Shown in pieces: positions 50,719-64,000 of a stretch of DNA of 64,000 nucleotides. Source of the stretch: the human T2T-CHM13v2.0 reference genome, Homo sapiens; NCBI RefSeq assembly GCF_009914755.1, contig NC_060930.1. One strand, written 5' to 3'. A program made the position numbers and the translations under genes. The notes under the pieces were generated by a model. The model had not been told where the DNA came from. It saw only the letters and a list, made by a program, of their open reading frames with translations, and did no database searches. How positions within the stretch are numbered: the stretch's first letter is position 1; each line of letters opens with the position of its first letter.

Positions 50719-52929
50719 CTGTAAACAGAGGAAATAGGCTCAGAAATACTTGACACCATGCAAGAACTTGAAAGGTTAAATAAAATTAGAGTTATCTTTT
50801 CTATTTAATTCTTTATAATTTTAAATAACTGCATTATATTGTAACAAAGTAAATTTAAATAAATGTTTATTTCTGCCTTTTAAAGAACTTGTAAGGACAA
50901 TACTTTCACATATTTTCCATTTATCAGCTACAAAAGAACGTATAAATGCCTTATTGAATGATTATATTCCTGCTTAGTTGTTGAAAGCTTAGTTATAAAT
51001 CAAGAGATAGACACATCTGATCTGCATGTGCTATTAAATCCCTATTGTTCCTCAGCAAGGCATTTGATTTTGATCCCTTTGTGTCTTGTTTTTTGGTATG
51101 TGAAATCAGAACCAAAATACATACCTCATGTATTTTTGAAGTACCTTAACACACATTAAATGCTTTATCTCTCATATCATCAATTAAAATGGAAAGCATC
51201 ATGTAATCATAAACATCATAAATTTATAGTCCACTATAATTCAGGAAAAAGATGAGCCACATTGTCTGTGTTAATTTTCATGAAGTATGAGTAAACACAT
51301 TTCATATTTTAAGATTACAAAGTAGCTAGCCTATTTTAGAAAAAGCAAACTTTCTGCAAGTGCTTTAAAAAACACTATCATTACCTAACTGCAAACCCTT
51401 CCTATACAATACTAAATAATTCTTCTATGCTCATTAAGGCAAACCTGGCTGAACTTTTCTGACAGTCTCTTTGGGAAGAAGTACATGTTTGCATGTCTTT
51501 TAAAACACCTTCTGATATAGAATTTTTGCACTTATCACTTCCATTTTTCCAAACTAGTGAAGTTTTATTTATATGATGATTCACAATTGTCATATTTTCC
51601 CAGAGTTTCATATTTTCAGTAGCAATACAGACTTTATAAAATCATCAAGGACATATGAAACAATGAAAATGAATATTCCAATAAATGATCCAGTTGCAAA
51701 TATCATAAAATACATAATGTCAAACTAATATAATTTGCTATCTCTGAAACAATCAAGGGCTGCAATCTTTAATTTAAGGCAGGATGGGAAATACCATTCC
51801 TTCTTGTTGATGGCAAGGGACTAGATCTCTAGAGAAGTAATTCATATGAAGGCAAAACATATCTTGCCACAATAGGAAGTATAAAGTTTTTTTCAGATTG
51901 GCCTTTCTCTAGTTTGTCTGTCTCCTTTTGACAACTTATCTCTTAATTTTGTATACCTATGCTAACAAGAGATAGCTCCTGTGTTGAAAAACAGGAAAAA
52001 TCGCTCTGGTCTAATAGATACTTTCTGAACAAAGAAGATTATACACATTCTCTAATTTATCACCTGCTGAATTGCTCCCTGAGGGAACTTAAAAAGGTTA
52101 AAAAAACAGAAGAAGAAAACAACTTTCAAATACTAATTTCTGAATTACAGCCTATTATCACACAACAGAGAAAAGATGACTTCAAGTCTTTTAAAAATTT
52201 GCTTATTTTTTGTTTTTAGTCTGTTTTTTAATGTACATTTTAAGAAAGAAAAAGAATGGAGTAGTTCCAGTCATGAGGAAGAAAAAATTATGTACATATG
52301 TTATGAAATTCTTTCCATTCAACCGATGTGTCCCATGGGCCTAATTCTCTGCTTGTCTTAGGCTCAGTTTTTCCCTTAGCTTCAGAAAGAGAACTCTAAT
52401 GAGAAAAATGAACTCAGGTGAATGATGAATCAGAATTTGTGCATATTTATTTATACATTTTTGTATATTGTCAGGGTCGTACTTTAATCTTTCCATAGTT
52501 GACATTATGGTTAATATTTTCATCTATTTCAGGGCAATACATATTAAAAGTAATTTGCTAAGGCTATAAACAGAATGTCATGGTTTAAAAACTCGAAACA
52601 GTAGATAGGATACTGCACAGAAGGGGATTTTAGGATGTATGTGCAATGGAAGAGACTGTCAAATTTCTCTTTACAAACAGTGCTCAAGTGACTTCTTTTA
52701 GGCTGCATCTTACCTTCTGACCTGCTTTCTGGCACAGCAAGTCACTGCTCCCTGACATGGTGATATCACTGGACCATGCATTCCACCACTGCTTAATTGT
52801 GTGGCCAGAATCTGTGTACCTGTCCCTGTCTTTCACTGAACTTTTAATAAAGATCATGAACTGTGTGTTTCTGTGCCTCCTTAATTCTTAGCATAGTACC
52901 TTATGCTGACTCACTGGTTCACAAAGAGT

Positions 52930-53260
52930 AGTCTGGAAAACTCTGAGAGTCCTCAAGAACTTTTCATAGAGTCTGCAAGTTCAAAGTCATTTTCATATAA
53001 TATGAAGATGTTATTTGACTTTTTTACTCTCACTTGCTTATGAATGCAGTTAAGATTTTCAGAAGGTATATGACATGATAATACTATGACTCTGATGGCT
53101 AATAAAATGTTTGTGTGTTCTTGTGTTTTTAAAGTTTCCATTTTAATTTCTAATTTGGTGAATATTAATTGATATAACCAATATAAAACATTTTTTGATA
53201 TCCCCAACATTTTTTAATAGTAAAAGGGCTCCTGGGATGGAAAATTTTGAGAAAGGCTGT
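52930..53260. mobile_element. Probable hAT-Charlie DNA transposon remnant
   Basis: Ends in gatatccccaacattttttaatagtaaaagggctcctgg...tttgagaaaggctg, resembling a Charlie1-type terminus. Confidence 0.5.
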
Positions 53261-55492
53261 GTTTAATAACAGCTGACACTTAAGACTTTCCATGATAGGG
53301 GCTCTCCTTGACATTTTGTATATTTAACTTAAACCTCAGAATGTTTTGTGAATTGAGTACTACTATACTAGAAATTAGGGTACAGAGACCCAGCTCATCC
53401 AAACTCCTATAACCGGACATGGCAGAGCAGAGAGATTTGAAACCAGGCAGCTCTCTACTGATACTGATTGATATTAATAATTCACTCTATGTTGATCAGT
53501 GTGAAGTATTCATTTATTGCTAGTTTACTGAGTGCCTTCTGTGCCTGAAACCATAGTAGGCACTGGCAAGACAACAGTAAGAAAAAGACATATGGATTCT
53601 TCTTTCATCAACTTGACATTCCAGTAGGAGAGAATATATTGATAGTAAAAATCACTAAATTCTAATGCAAAAATCCATTCTTAACATACATTTCATGTGA
53701 TCTTTCAGGTTCCACTACTTTAATCTCTGAGTCTTGGTTACTTCTTTTTTAAATAATAAAAATGATATCTATGAATCTCAGCACACATTAAATGATAGTT
53801 TGGTTTAATATTCTCAATTTACAAAGTCAGGAAAAGGCATAAATTCATCTTGAAACTTTTGAAATCTAAAAGTGTTTTTAAATAATAAGGAATGGTTGGG
53901 TAAATGTGAGATAACTGACATTTTAAGTTTAAACTATTTATTAAAAGATGAAAAACATAATTTGAAGTATCTTATTATATCTGAATTTACAGGGTGATAT
54001 TATGATATAGATCTGAGTTGAAAATTACTAGAGCACATTTTAACACTAACCACTCAAATGTTTAAATGTTGAAATCTTAACTTAAAATGCTTTAATGTTT
54101 TGGGGGACACTAAACTTTGATATGCTGATTCTTGATCTTATATAATCTATTTAAAAAGAATAATCATGAATAATGGTATTAAGTTTACCACATCAAATTA
54201 TGTAGCAAATTTTTAAACTGATGCCTTTATGTTTACAACTCTATGTGAATGATTTATATGTCAAAATGATTTCAGCATACGTTTTTATTATTTGTGGCTA
54301 TAAGAGTTACAGATTTATTTTAAAGTGTAACAAAATATGTGGAAGAATAATACTGCTAGCAAACTTTACAAACATTAGTTAATGCAAAGGATATTTATCA
54401 ATTTACTCCACCTTTTGAAGATCTATACAATTCTTCCTTTAAAGCCAAAATAATTCTTTAATCAAAATATTAATTTAATTTGTTTAAATATTTTTAATTG
54501 AGAAAAGTCATATAATATTTTCCAACTTAATTTTGATTAGAATTTTGGAGGAAGGCTGGATTGGCAAGGAGAAGAGATAACACCTGGGTAAACCATGTGC
54601 CTGAGCAGTAACATCAGGAGGAATCAAAACTCCAAAATATAGAAACATGTACTGAGACATCAGCTCTGTTGAGGAGCAACAGCAGTGGTATTCAGGGTGT
54701 TCTGAACTTGGACTCTGACAGCAAATGGGGACATCCATCCCAAGATATATCTGCTTACTTCTTATACACTATATATACACATGCATTTTTACTATAATCT
54801 TGTTGCATTGTAAAACATAAAATGATAAAGGGGCTTCAAAGATACTGGTTATATTCTATTTTTAAGATGAGTGGTCATAGGGATATTCATTTAATTATCT
54901 CCCTTATATTTCATATCTACTTTAAATAGATTCCTTAGTATGCATGAAATATTCCATAACAAAAATGAAAAATGTCAAAAACAAAAATAAAAACAAGTTC
55001 TAAGACCTTCCTGAACTCTAATTTTTGAAATCATTGCTAAAGGGCAATTCACTTAAATTAATACAGGTTCTTAGATACCATCTTTCTCTTGTCCACCTCA
55101 CTACACATTCTGGCTTCATTTGTGGGTTTCTGTGAAGTAGCTGCTTTGATGGACACACTTAGAATAAGATTGTTTCGAGGTCGACAAACACATCTTGTGT
55201 CAATACACAAATTGAATCAGTCCTGCTTCTGTTTCTAATTTCACCTTTTTCAAAAAATAAATCTTGTATGCGTTAAAGAAACTAATTTAAATCACAAGGT
55301 TCTAAAATTGCTAAACAAAACAGCAAATGTTAAATTATTATGAACTTTTACAAAGTACATTTATATGTACATATATATTTATTTGTATATGTAAAAATTA
55401 TGATGGTGCAAATGATCACCTCAATATTGAAAAAAATATTAATATATGCTAGAGTTATTGAGAGTAGGAATCCAAACCAAAGGCATAATTAC

Positions 55493-55676
55493 CTTCAAAC
55501 ATTTTACCTGTAGCTTCCTCTAGTGTAGCAACATCAAGTCTGGGACTGTAATTTCCATAACCAGCAGCAGTAAAAGCCCGAATCTGGAAAACATACACTG
55601 TTCCTGGTTTCAGATTATTAATGGAGGCTGAAGTAGACTTGGTTTTTACTGTTGAGTAGGTCCGTTCCCTTTGATC
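55493..55676 (-). CDS. EPHA7: EPHA7 exon 7 (184 bp), FN3 repeat 2; alternative donor ends the exon at 55508
   Basis: ctag|GATCAAAGG...TTTGAAG|gtaatt. Translates DQRERTYSTVKTKSTSASINNLKPGTVYVFQIRAFTAAGYGNYSPRLDVATLEEATGKMFE. Confidence 0.96.
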
Positions 55677-58313
55677 CTAGAAACAATATTTAGAGGAAAT
55701 ATTTAATTGTGATTGCAACCAGACAATTTGACAGCCAACTGTTTCAATTTAATTCAATTTGCTCCATTGTTTTTATAGAGGCTACATTGTACTTTGTGGA
55801 ATATTATAAAGTTAAATCACTTCTAAGGTAATATAAAATGAAAATGTGAAACACATGCCTTTGTTATATATATTTAGGGCGAAATAATTTAGTTAAAACA
55901 TTTATGGTGTTTTTAGCTTTCGCAGAAGTAATATGTGACAAGAACTATTTAGCCATAATATAATAAAATATCCTATTGGTCAAACAGTGGGTACACCTGT
56001 ACAATCTACAGTTTAGTAGAGGTCATCAAATCATAATGTAGTTCTCTTAAGTTTTTTCTGAAAGTTATTCAGCAAGAAAAAAAGCCAGATGCTAAAAATC
56101 CAGAAAGTTATTAAATCAAGAAATTCAGATAACACTACTACTATACTGACATACCAATTTTTTTAAAACAACCCTGAATTTCTCACAGAATAAACCACTT
56201 CTGCAAAACAGTTTAATGAAATATTTTTAAAGTAAAATTATAAATATTAAAGTTTAAACATATATGATTTATGGTTTGAAAATATTTTAAACATGATTTA
56301 TTTCATTTTGTTCATATTTCAGATATAAAAGCTAATGCAAATTTACTAAAATCAATTATATGCTTATTAACAATTTTTATCCTATCATTATCAAACATAT
56401 TTTATGTGCATATATAGTAAGATTAAGAAGGGAATAAATGTAAAAACTCAAGCATATAAAAACTCCATCAAAACAATATTTAAATAAATAAAAATTTAAA
56501 TCTTCCTTGATATGATTCTCACAAGCTATTTATGAATAAAAGTTGTAAAAATTATACTTCATAATATACAATATTAGAGAGTTCTTATTTGGTGTATAAT
56601 AAATACATGTGTTCAACTTTATCTGGCAATGAAATTCTTCATTGAAATCTTAAAATGTCAATCAAGTTGTTTGATTTGACTTCACAGTGAGATTTGCAAA
56701 AGTGTAAATAAATATATACTTAAGCTTGATTCACTCAAACTGATCTGTGATTGTCCTCATTATAATCATTTATAAAAATGATAGTTTGTATTACATGTAT
56801 TTATCTCAAACGAAAGACCTAGGCATAACTCAGGTGACACAAACATCACGCATGCGTGCATATACATTACAATATAATACAATACAATATTATTATTGTC
56901 TTTTAGTTGCCTAATATGCAAATTTAGTGAATGTAGATTTCTGTAAGGCCAAAAAATGATTTGAACATATTTATTCTAGAGAAAATATTTGCAAAATATT
57001 TCAGATTTATATTGTAAGAAACTTTACTCTTACCACCTATGTGTTTCATTGCTTTTGAAATTGGATGCAATTTAAGCAGAGAATATAACTGTTAGCTCTC
57101 ATGGGAAAACAGATATACCAAAACCAGCATTAAAAACAATAATCCCCTCTAAAACACATTTGTTGGGACGATAAATGAAGCATATAAAATGCAACCTTAG
57201 CCATGAAGTCATGAATTCATAATGTAAGTAACAAGCAAAAATATTTTAAACTTAATCTGAACATTAAAACAAAATCATATTTTAAACTAATTTTTCTTTA
57301 AAAAAACAAAGGTATCTATTGCCAATGTACTATATACATTTCAATTTATTTAATCATGTCCATTCATCCCCAAAGTTTTCTCAAAGCTTTAAGCTCCTAT
57401 TTTCTAATTCTATTGTCTAAACAGTTAAAATGGTTATGTGTATTATAGCACTTCAGGTAACTCAGGTAAGCCAAAAATAGTAACACTTATTACTGTTACT
57501 GTTGGTAATAGCAATGGTTTCCACGTTTCAAACCTTGCACTGAGTCTGTCTGTGAGGTGGGGTTTTAAATCACGATCTGTGAACATGGCTCACATAAACA
57601 TTTTCTCTCTCTTTCCAAATGAAACAGAAATAAATATACTCATATACTCAGATGTATCGCTAGTTACTAAAATTTAGTCATTATAGGTGGATTAAAAAGG
57701 CAGCACTTGGGTGCTAAAAAGCCATAATATTTTTCCTGGAAGGAGAGGTGTAAATAAGTCCCATACATGATTATTAAAACATATATAAAATAAATTTCAG
57801 GAGGAATTTAAAGGAGTGAAATAACATCATCTGATTTGTAAGTCTGAAGAACTACATATTTATTATACAAAATATTCTTATTATTTCAAATTATTAAATT
57901 ATTTGAGGTCATTATCATCACTGAAACCACATAAATTAAACAAACCATTAAGGTCCCAAACAGACATACTAAAGAAAATATTTTTCAAAATGCATTGGGC
58001 TGTGTGGTTTCTGTGGTACTAAAATATCCTACATCTAATTACTACAATATCAGAAATTGAATAAATAAATAAATATATATGCTACAAATGGGATACTTTC
58101 ATTTGTGTAACACAGAAACTTAATACACAGAAATCACATTTATAATGATAAGCCAGAGATTCACAGAGATGGTTATTATAAATGGCTAAAATTAACTACG
58201 AAGTTTGAAGTAGCTCCAAATTGTTGGCATAATGACCAACTTTAGTCTACAATACAGTAGGATGACATGAGACACACAGCACATTGTACATTTCAGTTGC
58301 TCTTAGCACTTAC

Positions 58314-58438
58314 TTTCTCGTAATACTTGATTTCATATTCTGTGATGACTCCATTGGGATGCTCTGGTTCCTGCCAGGAAAGCTCGACACTCCGCTGCAG
58401 TACTCTCTCCTTCATTACTCCGCTCACTTGCGAGGGAG
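58314..58438 (-). CDS. EPHA7: EPHA7 exon 6 (125 bp), start of second fibronectin type III repeat
   Basis: Reverse complement: ccaaacag|CTCCCTCGCAA...TACGAGAAA|gtaagt. Translates (A)PSQVSGVMKERVLQRSVELSWQEPEHPNGVITEYEIKYYEK. Upstream exons lie beyond the window. Confidence 0.96.
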
Positions 58439-61128
58439 CTGTTTGGACAAGATGTGTCAATAAACAATGAGAAAATTCACTGGATGCCTCAAATCAAATG
58501 TCACAACTGATCAGTCCCATGCTGTGCCAGTTTCATTAAGGTAAAAGAAAGCACCTTTTCATAGCTCACAATTCAGAAGCTAATGAATATTCAAACAGGA
58601 CCTTATTACTGTTCATAAACCTTAATAGAAATTTAAATTAAAGTGCAAACAGCAGAAGATAGCATTGTTCAAGTTAGTGAAAAATGGAAATGATGGGGCT
58701 GAGAATGACAATTAAGCAAATGAATGCTAATTAAGGCTAGAAAATATGATTTCAGATTAATCTCCAGTGATAAACTAAGTCCAAATATTTATTTCACATG
58801 CAACAGCAATACACTTTTTAAAAGAAAAAATAATTTAATATGATGCAAGAAAAAGTGTATGAAATGGCTACTTTGATCTTCAATTAAAGGAATCATATTT
58901 TTAAAAATGTTTCCATGTTTCACTTGGTGTGTGTATACTCCCAAAGAATTCCAAACAACTTTGGAAAACATTTTTAGACTTTATTAGGTCAAGATGCAAG
59001 AAAATGCAAAGGCTGCCTGCTACTTAAATTATGTGCATGAACACACATACATACACATGGACTCTTGCATGTGTAATTTATACCTACGTAACCTAGGCTT
59101 CAAGCTTTGAAAGGAGCAATTCAAAGCTACAATCTTGCTTTCTCTTTCTATATAGATAATAATATGCTTAGAGTTCTTTCATTCTAATTAGTGACATATA
59201 CTCTTTTTGGTAGCTAAGTCTGTGGAATGTAGCAAACTAATTTGCTCGTCTAATTTGCTCAGTGATGATTAACTAGTTGTCTACTCTGTCTAAATGAGTA
59301 GCTGCACTGGCTTGGCTGAATTTCAGTGGGGTCATTATGTTTCATGTACCACGCTCTATCTCATTCTGTAAAATATTTTCAGGCTATTAATTTAATTTTC
59401 AGATGTCTGAAACTGTTAATAATCCTGCTGACAGAAAAGCAATTATATGGGACCAAGCCGTTTAAGCAACCTTCCGATGTTTATCCCTTTGGCTTTATTT
59501 TGTTTCTTCTACTTAATATTTTCTTGTATCAATGTCTAAAAACCACATTTTTCACTTCTTTCTGGCTTGGCGATTTTGAAGGAAGGACATGGAAGATACA
59601 TGACTCTCATTTCCTCCCAGATTACTAACAAAAGCGTAACGAGGGCAGTTTAAGTGGGACAACTTTCCCTTGAAGGAGATGTAGCTGAAGTACTCAACAA
59701 ACTGTGTTTACAGTCTAAATGCATTTCTGATATATTTTCAATGAAGCTAATTTCTAGTAAGAAATCTTATTTTTGTCACAACTTTTGAAACCTGAACATA
59801 TACAGTAAACAATAACTTATCTCTAAAGTGACACATCTCTGTACCCAGAACCTGCTTAGCATAACTCAGTAGACTGCAACGTTCAAGAGGCTGCTTCCTT
59901 AGGCCATGGCCTTAGGAATCCAACTCCAACTAATTGTGACATGAGACTCTACTTGACAAATAATCTCTAGTAGCATAACTTACTTAACAAAATCATTCCA
60001 AAAAATTTACATTTTAACTAGTAAAAACAATAGACTGCAGCACAGGTGAGAATACTGCAATGGTTAACATACTGAGTTACCCAGGAGTTGCTGGTCTCTG
60101 ATCAGAGTTTACCATTTATGTGTGCCATTTGAAAATAAGTTAGCTAGAAATAGGTTAGAGAGCTCGTATGTGTAAATCTCTAGGTTTCTTTCAAATAACA
60201 CCAATAGCCTACTGTGATTTTCAGTATAAGTCAAACACTAAGACATGTTGCTTGGTTTCTATCCCTAACTATCACTTTGCTTGGTATGATAAAAGAGGCA
60301 GGAGACTCTGAATTCTTCAGGTTATGGAAAAGATTTGGGTTATAAATCTACCCTATTTAGTTTCTGATACATTGAAACAAGATCTAAATATAAAATGAGA
60401 TGATTTTTGCAAGTTATACACTAAAATTACATTCATTATTTCCATCCTGGAAAATAATTTTTACCAATAAAATTATAGCAATTGGGAACTGAAAAAGAAA
60501 AGCTGCTAAAAATACTTCAAATATATAATATTTTGAAACTCATATCACAGTGCTGACAGTGAAATATGCTGCAACGTATTTTCCCTTTTGCACAGGATCC
60601 ATATCTGTAAGTGAATATACTCCTGAATTCTTCTATATTTCTTTCTTTTTTTCTTGTATCCCTTGCTGATACTATATCAAGTCACACATTTTAAGAGGGT
60701 CAGAAACGGAAGCACTAGCACATGGCCCTTGAGAATGGATAAACTGCATGATAGGAAAAATCTCTCTCTGTCTAATGTCCTTCAAATACAACATTTGGTA
60801 CAGGAAACGTGATTATATTTTCCCTGAGCTTCAGTATCTTAGGTATAAAGGATACACAACTCACAGGATATACAGCTTATAAACAAAAACATCTCTAGCC
60901 TAGTTATATTCTAACAAGGTAATTATTTTCAGATAAAGTTATATGTTAAAGTAAAATTAAAGTGGCATAAGGTATGTTAATCTTAAAACACAATGATTTC
61001 TATGGTCAATATATTTGATTTACTAAATTAACGTTATTGTAACAATCTCACTAAAAATGTGCTCACTCTTACACCAAAATATTCAATTAACTACAATCTA
61101 AAGTTCATTTCTGAAAAGAAAATAACAG

Positions 61129-61192
61129 TATACAAATGAATTATACAAATGAAATATACAAGTGACAATATACAAATGAATATACAAATGAA
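61129..61192. repeat. Degenerate tandem repeat of TATACAAATGAA
   Basis: About 5 imperfect copies are visible. Confidence 0.75.
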
Positions 61193-62069
61193 TTAAATGC
61201 TTCAAGAACCAATTTGGTGTTATAACATTTAAATTATAATTTTCATAATTATCAAAATGAAATTAGACATGTTGTAATTGGAATTATGTGAAGATAATAA
61301 ATAGTAACCAACAACAATAAAGTTCCGAATTGAAAGATGTAGGAGAAAACAAATACTGTATATAACAGAGCTTTTTGAACATAAATTTTTAGTAGGTTTT
61401 CTAACAAATAATTAACAGATTCATTTTCACTAGAGTTTCTAGAAGTATTCAAAAATAAAAATTAAATTCAACTGAAAAAACAGATGGAACTTCCTTTGCC
61501 CTTAAAGATCTTCAAGTCTTATCAGGGATATAAGATATAACAAATAAATAAAATATAAAACAGACTAAGCCATGAAGCAAATTATTAATCATATTTGGAA
61601 TCTTCACAAATGACAATGACAGAAGACCTTAGGAAATTCAAAATTTGTTTCCAGAGTTCAAAGTGGTAAATCTCAACAGCATAAAAACAAAATTGATAAA
61701 TTTGATGAAAGAGTAAAGCAAAAGTCTAATGACAGGCACAAAAGTAAATTTGTGGAATGGGTTTGTTAGTATAAGGCTTTAAATTGAAAAATAATCAGTA
61801 ACAAGAATGGTGGGTTTATGTACAGACCTGAACCAATCAGCATTTTTACAGATTTTGAGCTTCAAGCACTCATATGTGATCTTTGATCTTAATCAATTTC
61901 CAACTAAAATTCAATTACAAAACACGTATTTAAATTACAGAATGGAATTTATTCATAAGGTCTATGTACTGCCTCCCTCTACCCCCTGCCAACAGGTTAA
62001 GCTTAACTATTTGTAAAGGAAAATTTCTTAGCATGAAGTAGGGAAAAAGACAATTTTAAAGCACAGCAA

Positions 62070-62646
62070 AGTAGGCAGAGTGACCCCACGAAGATGTCTA
62101 TACCCTAATCTCTGAAACATGTAAATATGTAAATTCCATGGCCAAAAGAGTACTGTAAATATAATTAAGGTTACAGACGTTAAAATAAAGAGATTATCCT
62201 GGATTCTTCCCAGTGGGCACTATCTAGTCATACGAGCCCTTAAGAGCAAACAGAGATGCTGTAGAAGTCAGAGAAATTTCAACTGTGGGAGGAACCAACT
62301 TGCCATTGTTGGAGGGGACCTCAGAGAAACATGCAAAGATACAAGGGCAGCTTTTAGGATCAGACTGGCCCTGATTGACCAGTACAGAAATCAATAATTC
62401 AGTCCTATCAGAGCAAAGAATTTGAATTCTTCCAACAACAGGAATGAGCTTGGAAGTGGATCTTCCCCAGAGTTTTCAAGTAAGAGCCAAGACCAGCCGA
62501 TAACTTGATTTCAGCCTGTGAGGCTGGTAGTTGAACCTTGCTGTGCCCAGACTTGTGACCCACAGAACTGTGAGATAATAAATGAGTGTTTTAAATTGTT
62601 CACTGTTTGTGGTAATCTGTTATGGCAGCAATAGAAAATGAATACA
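62070..62646 (+). mobile_element. MLT1 (ERVL-MaLR) solo LTR in intron 5
   Basis: aagatgtctataccctaatctctgaaac...gagattatcctggatt...cagaactgtgagataataaatgagtgttt...gttatggcagcaatagaaaatgaatac. Confidence 0.85.
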
Positions 62647-64000
62647 TATAGTAAAAAAAGCAGACCTACTGAAATTTTTATGAAATTATGAAAACAGGCT
62701 AGTGATTGCATATTTAAATAACGTGATATTAAATTGTATGTTGAAATAGCATGGAATCAAGGAATATTGACCTTGATTAAGACCCAAAACACAATGTTTC
62801 ACAGAAAAGAACTTAACCAAGATAATGAATTTCACTTTGGATTTAAAAAGTCATTTATTTATACCATTCATTTTTTCTACATTTACATGTTTCTAACTGA
62901 ATTTAAACAAAGAATGGATGGAAAAATATACCTGTATTTTTCAACAGTACAATGAGGTAAGATGGGTCAACAAGCATGAAATGATCTTTCAGCAAATATA
63001 TCAAGTTTTTAAATCCACTGAAATTTGTTAGATATCCATTAGGTAAATACAAAAAGGAAAAATAAAGATATCTCTGGAATACAGTCAAGGGAAAACCTGC
63101 TAATAGTAGAATGATGCTCTTTCATGGAACGCTTTTCCTATTGTACGTTATCAGCAAGAAATTCATTTTTAGCAATCCTTGAAATAACAAATGCGTGTGT
63201 TACTATGAGCTTAGTATTTTAAAATATACAACTTTTAGCTTTCTCACTCTTCCCCACAGGTGTTCATCTTTGTACTATAGGAAAAACACATAAAAATACA
63301 TACAAATTTGCTTAAATAATGAAATACTTGGCCATAATTATACATGCAGTGCAGTGTATCATGTAACACAGCAATTCTATTTCTAGAGTATGTAGATATA
63401 CATAAAAAATGCTAAACACATAATTTCACAACATTTCAATTTCTTGGCTTTGGAAAAACAGGGTGGCTAATAATATTAAGAATGATACATATGCAATTTT
63501 AGCTAAAAAAATAAGTACAGGAACTAAGGGTAATTGAACCTGTAGCAATTATGAGCTATTCTTTTGTGATAGACGTCTGTCAAATTATCTTTGGCTGGAG
63601 AGAAGCATGATCTGTAGTTAAAACCAACATAAATTTTCATTCTATAATAAGTATTTGAAAAAATCGGTGGAAGAGAAATGATGTTTTTTCAAAATTAAAT
63701 TATGTTATTTGCATTGCTATCTACTTAACATACCAATTAGGATAATGATTTTCAAAATGTAAAATATACAATATAGTAAGATATATAACAGAATGAATTT
63801 CTAAATAAATTCAAGAAACAGTTACTAAAAAGACAATTTGACTAAGAAATAAGGTTTGAAAGTTCTGGAAAAAAATATGATGTTGAGCTGAAAAAGTAGG
63901 AAAATAAAAGCATCCTGCATAGTGGCCCCAGTCAGGTATACATGTGAGTTAAATCAATATATCTTCAGTAGAGTAATAAAATACCTAATAAGAACTACAA

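Noticed and set aside
57451-57472. Two strong + strand donor-like motifs (CAG|GTAACT, CAG|GTAAGC) suggesting an antisense exon
   Set aside because: No supporting acceptor, promoter or other exon could be identified, and such motifs occur by chance in 64 kb.

Overview
AT-rich primate genomic DNA containing the 3' portion of the ephrin receptor tyrosine kinase gene EPHA7 on the minus strand. The exon translations match human EPHA7 as I recall it (6q16). Twelve coding exons (canonical exons 6-17: second FN3 repeat, TM helix, juxtamembrane, kinase, SAM, PDZ-binding GIQV) lie between 58438 and 29427. All have GT-AG boundaries and consistent phases, and a ~3.4 kb 3' UTR ends near 26020. Positions 1-26000 are intergenic, with L1, Alu, MIR, L2, DNA transposon and LTR remnants, including a twin-primed L1PA with a 14-bp TSD. 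The most interesting signal is a splice switch downstream of exon 9 that the ORF track misses. (i) An intact alternative terminal exon in intron 9 encodes SLVTNEHLSVL* (the rodent kinase-less T1 tail), with a 125-nt AG-exclusion zone, a candidate distant branch point and its own poly(A) signals. (ii) A splice acceptor hidden inside the full-length 3' UTR corresponds to the rodent T2 tail; relative to the recalled rodent peptide, this sequence carries a 2-nt frameshift giving SLYRERGEGMGKTHSTIGSV*. (iii) Tandem donor/acceptor sites give 15-, 12- and 6-nt micro-variants. Also noted: an inverted Alu pair around exons 14-15 (circRNA candidate), a post-stop hairpin with a 30-codon readthrough frame, a neuronal miRNA/Pumilio site cluster and a 120-nt intronic hairpin. 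No prokaryotic-type system (CRISPR etc.) is present. Repeat subfamily names and rodent isoform matches come from memory, not database searches.
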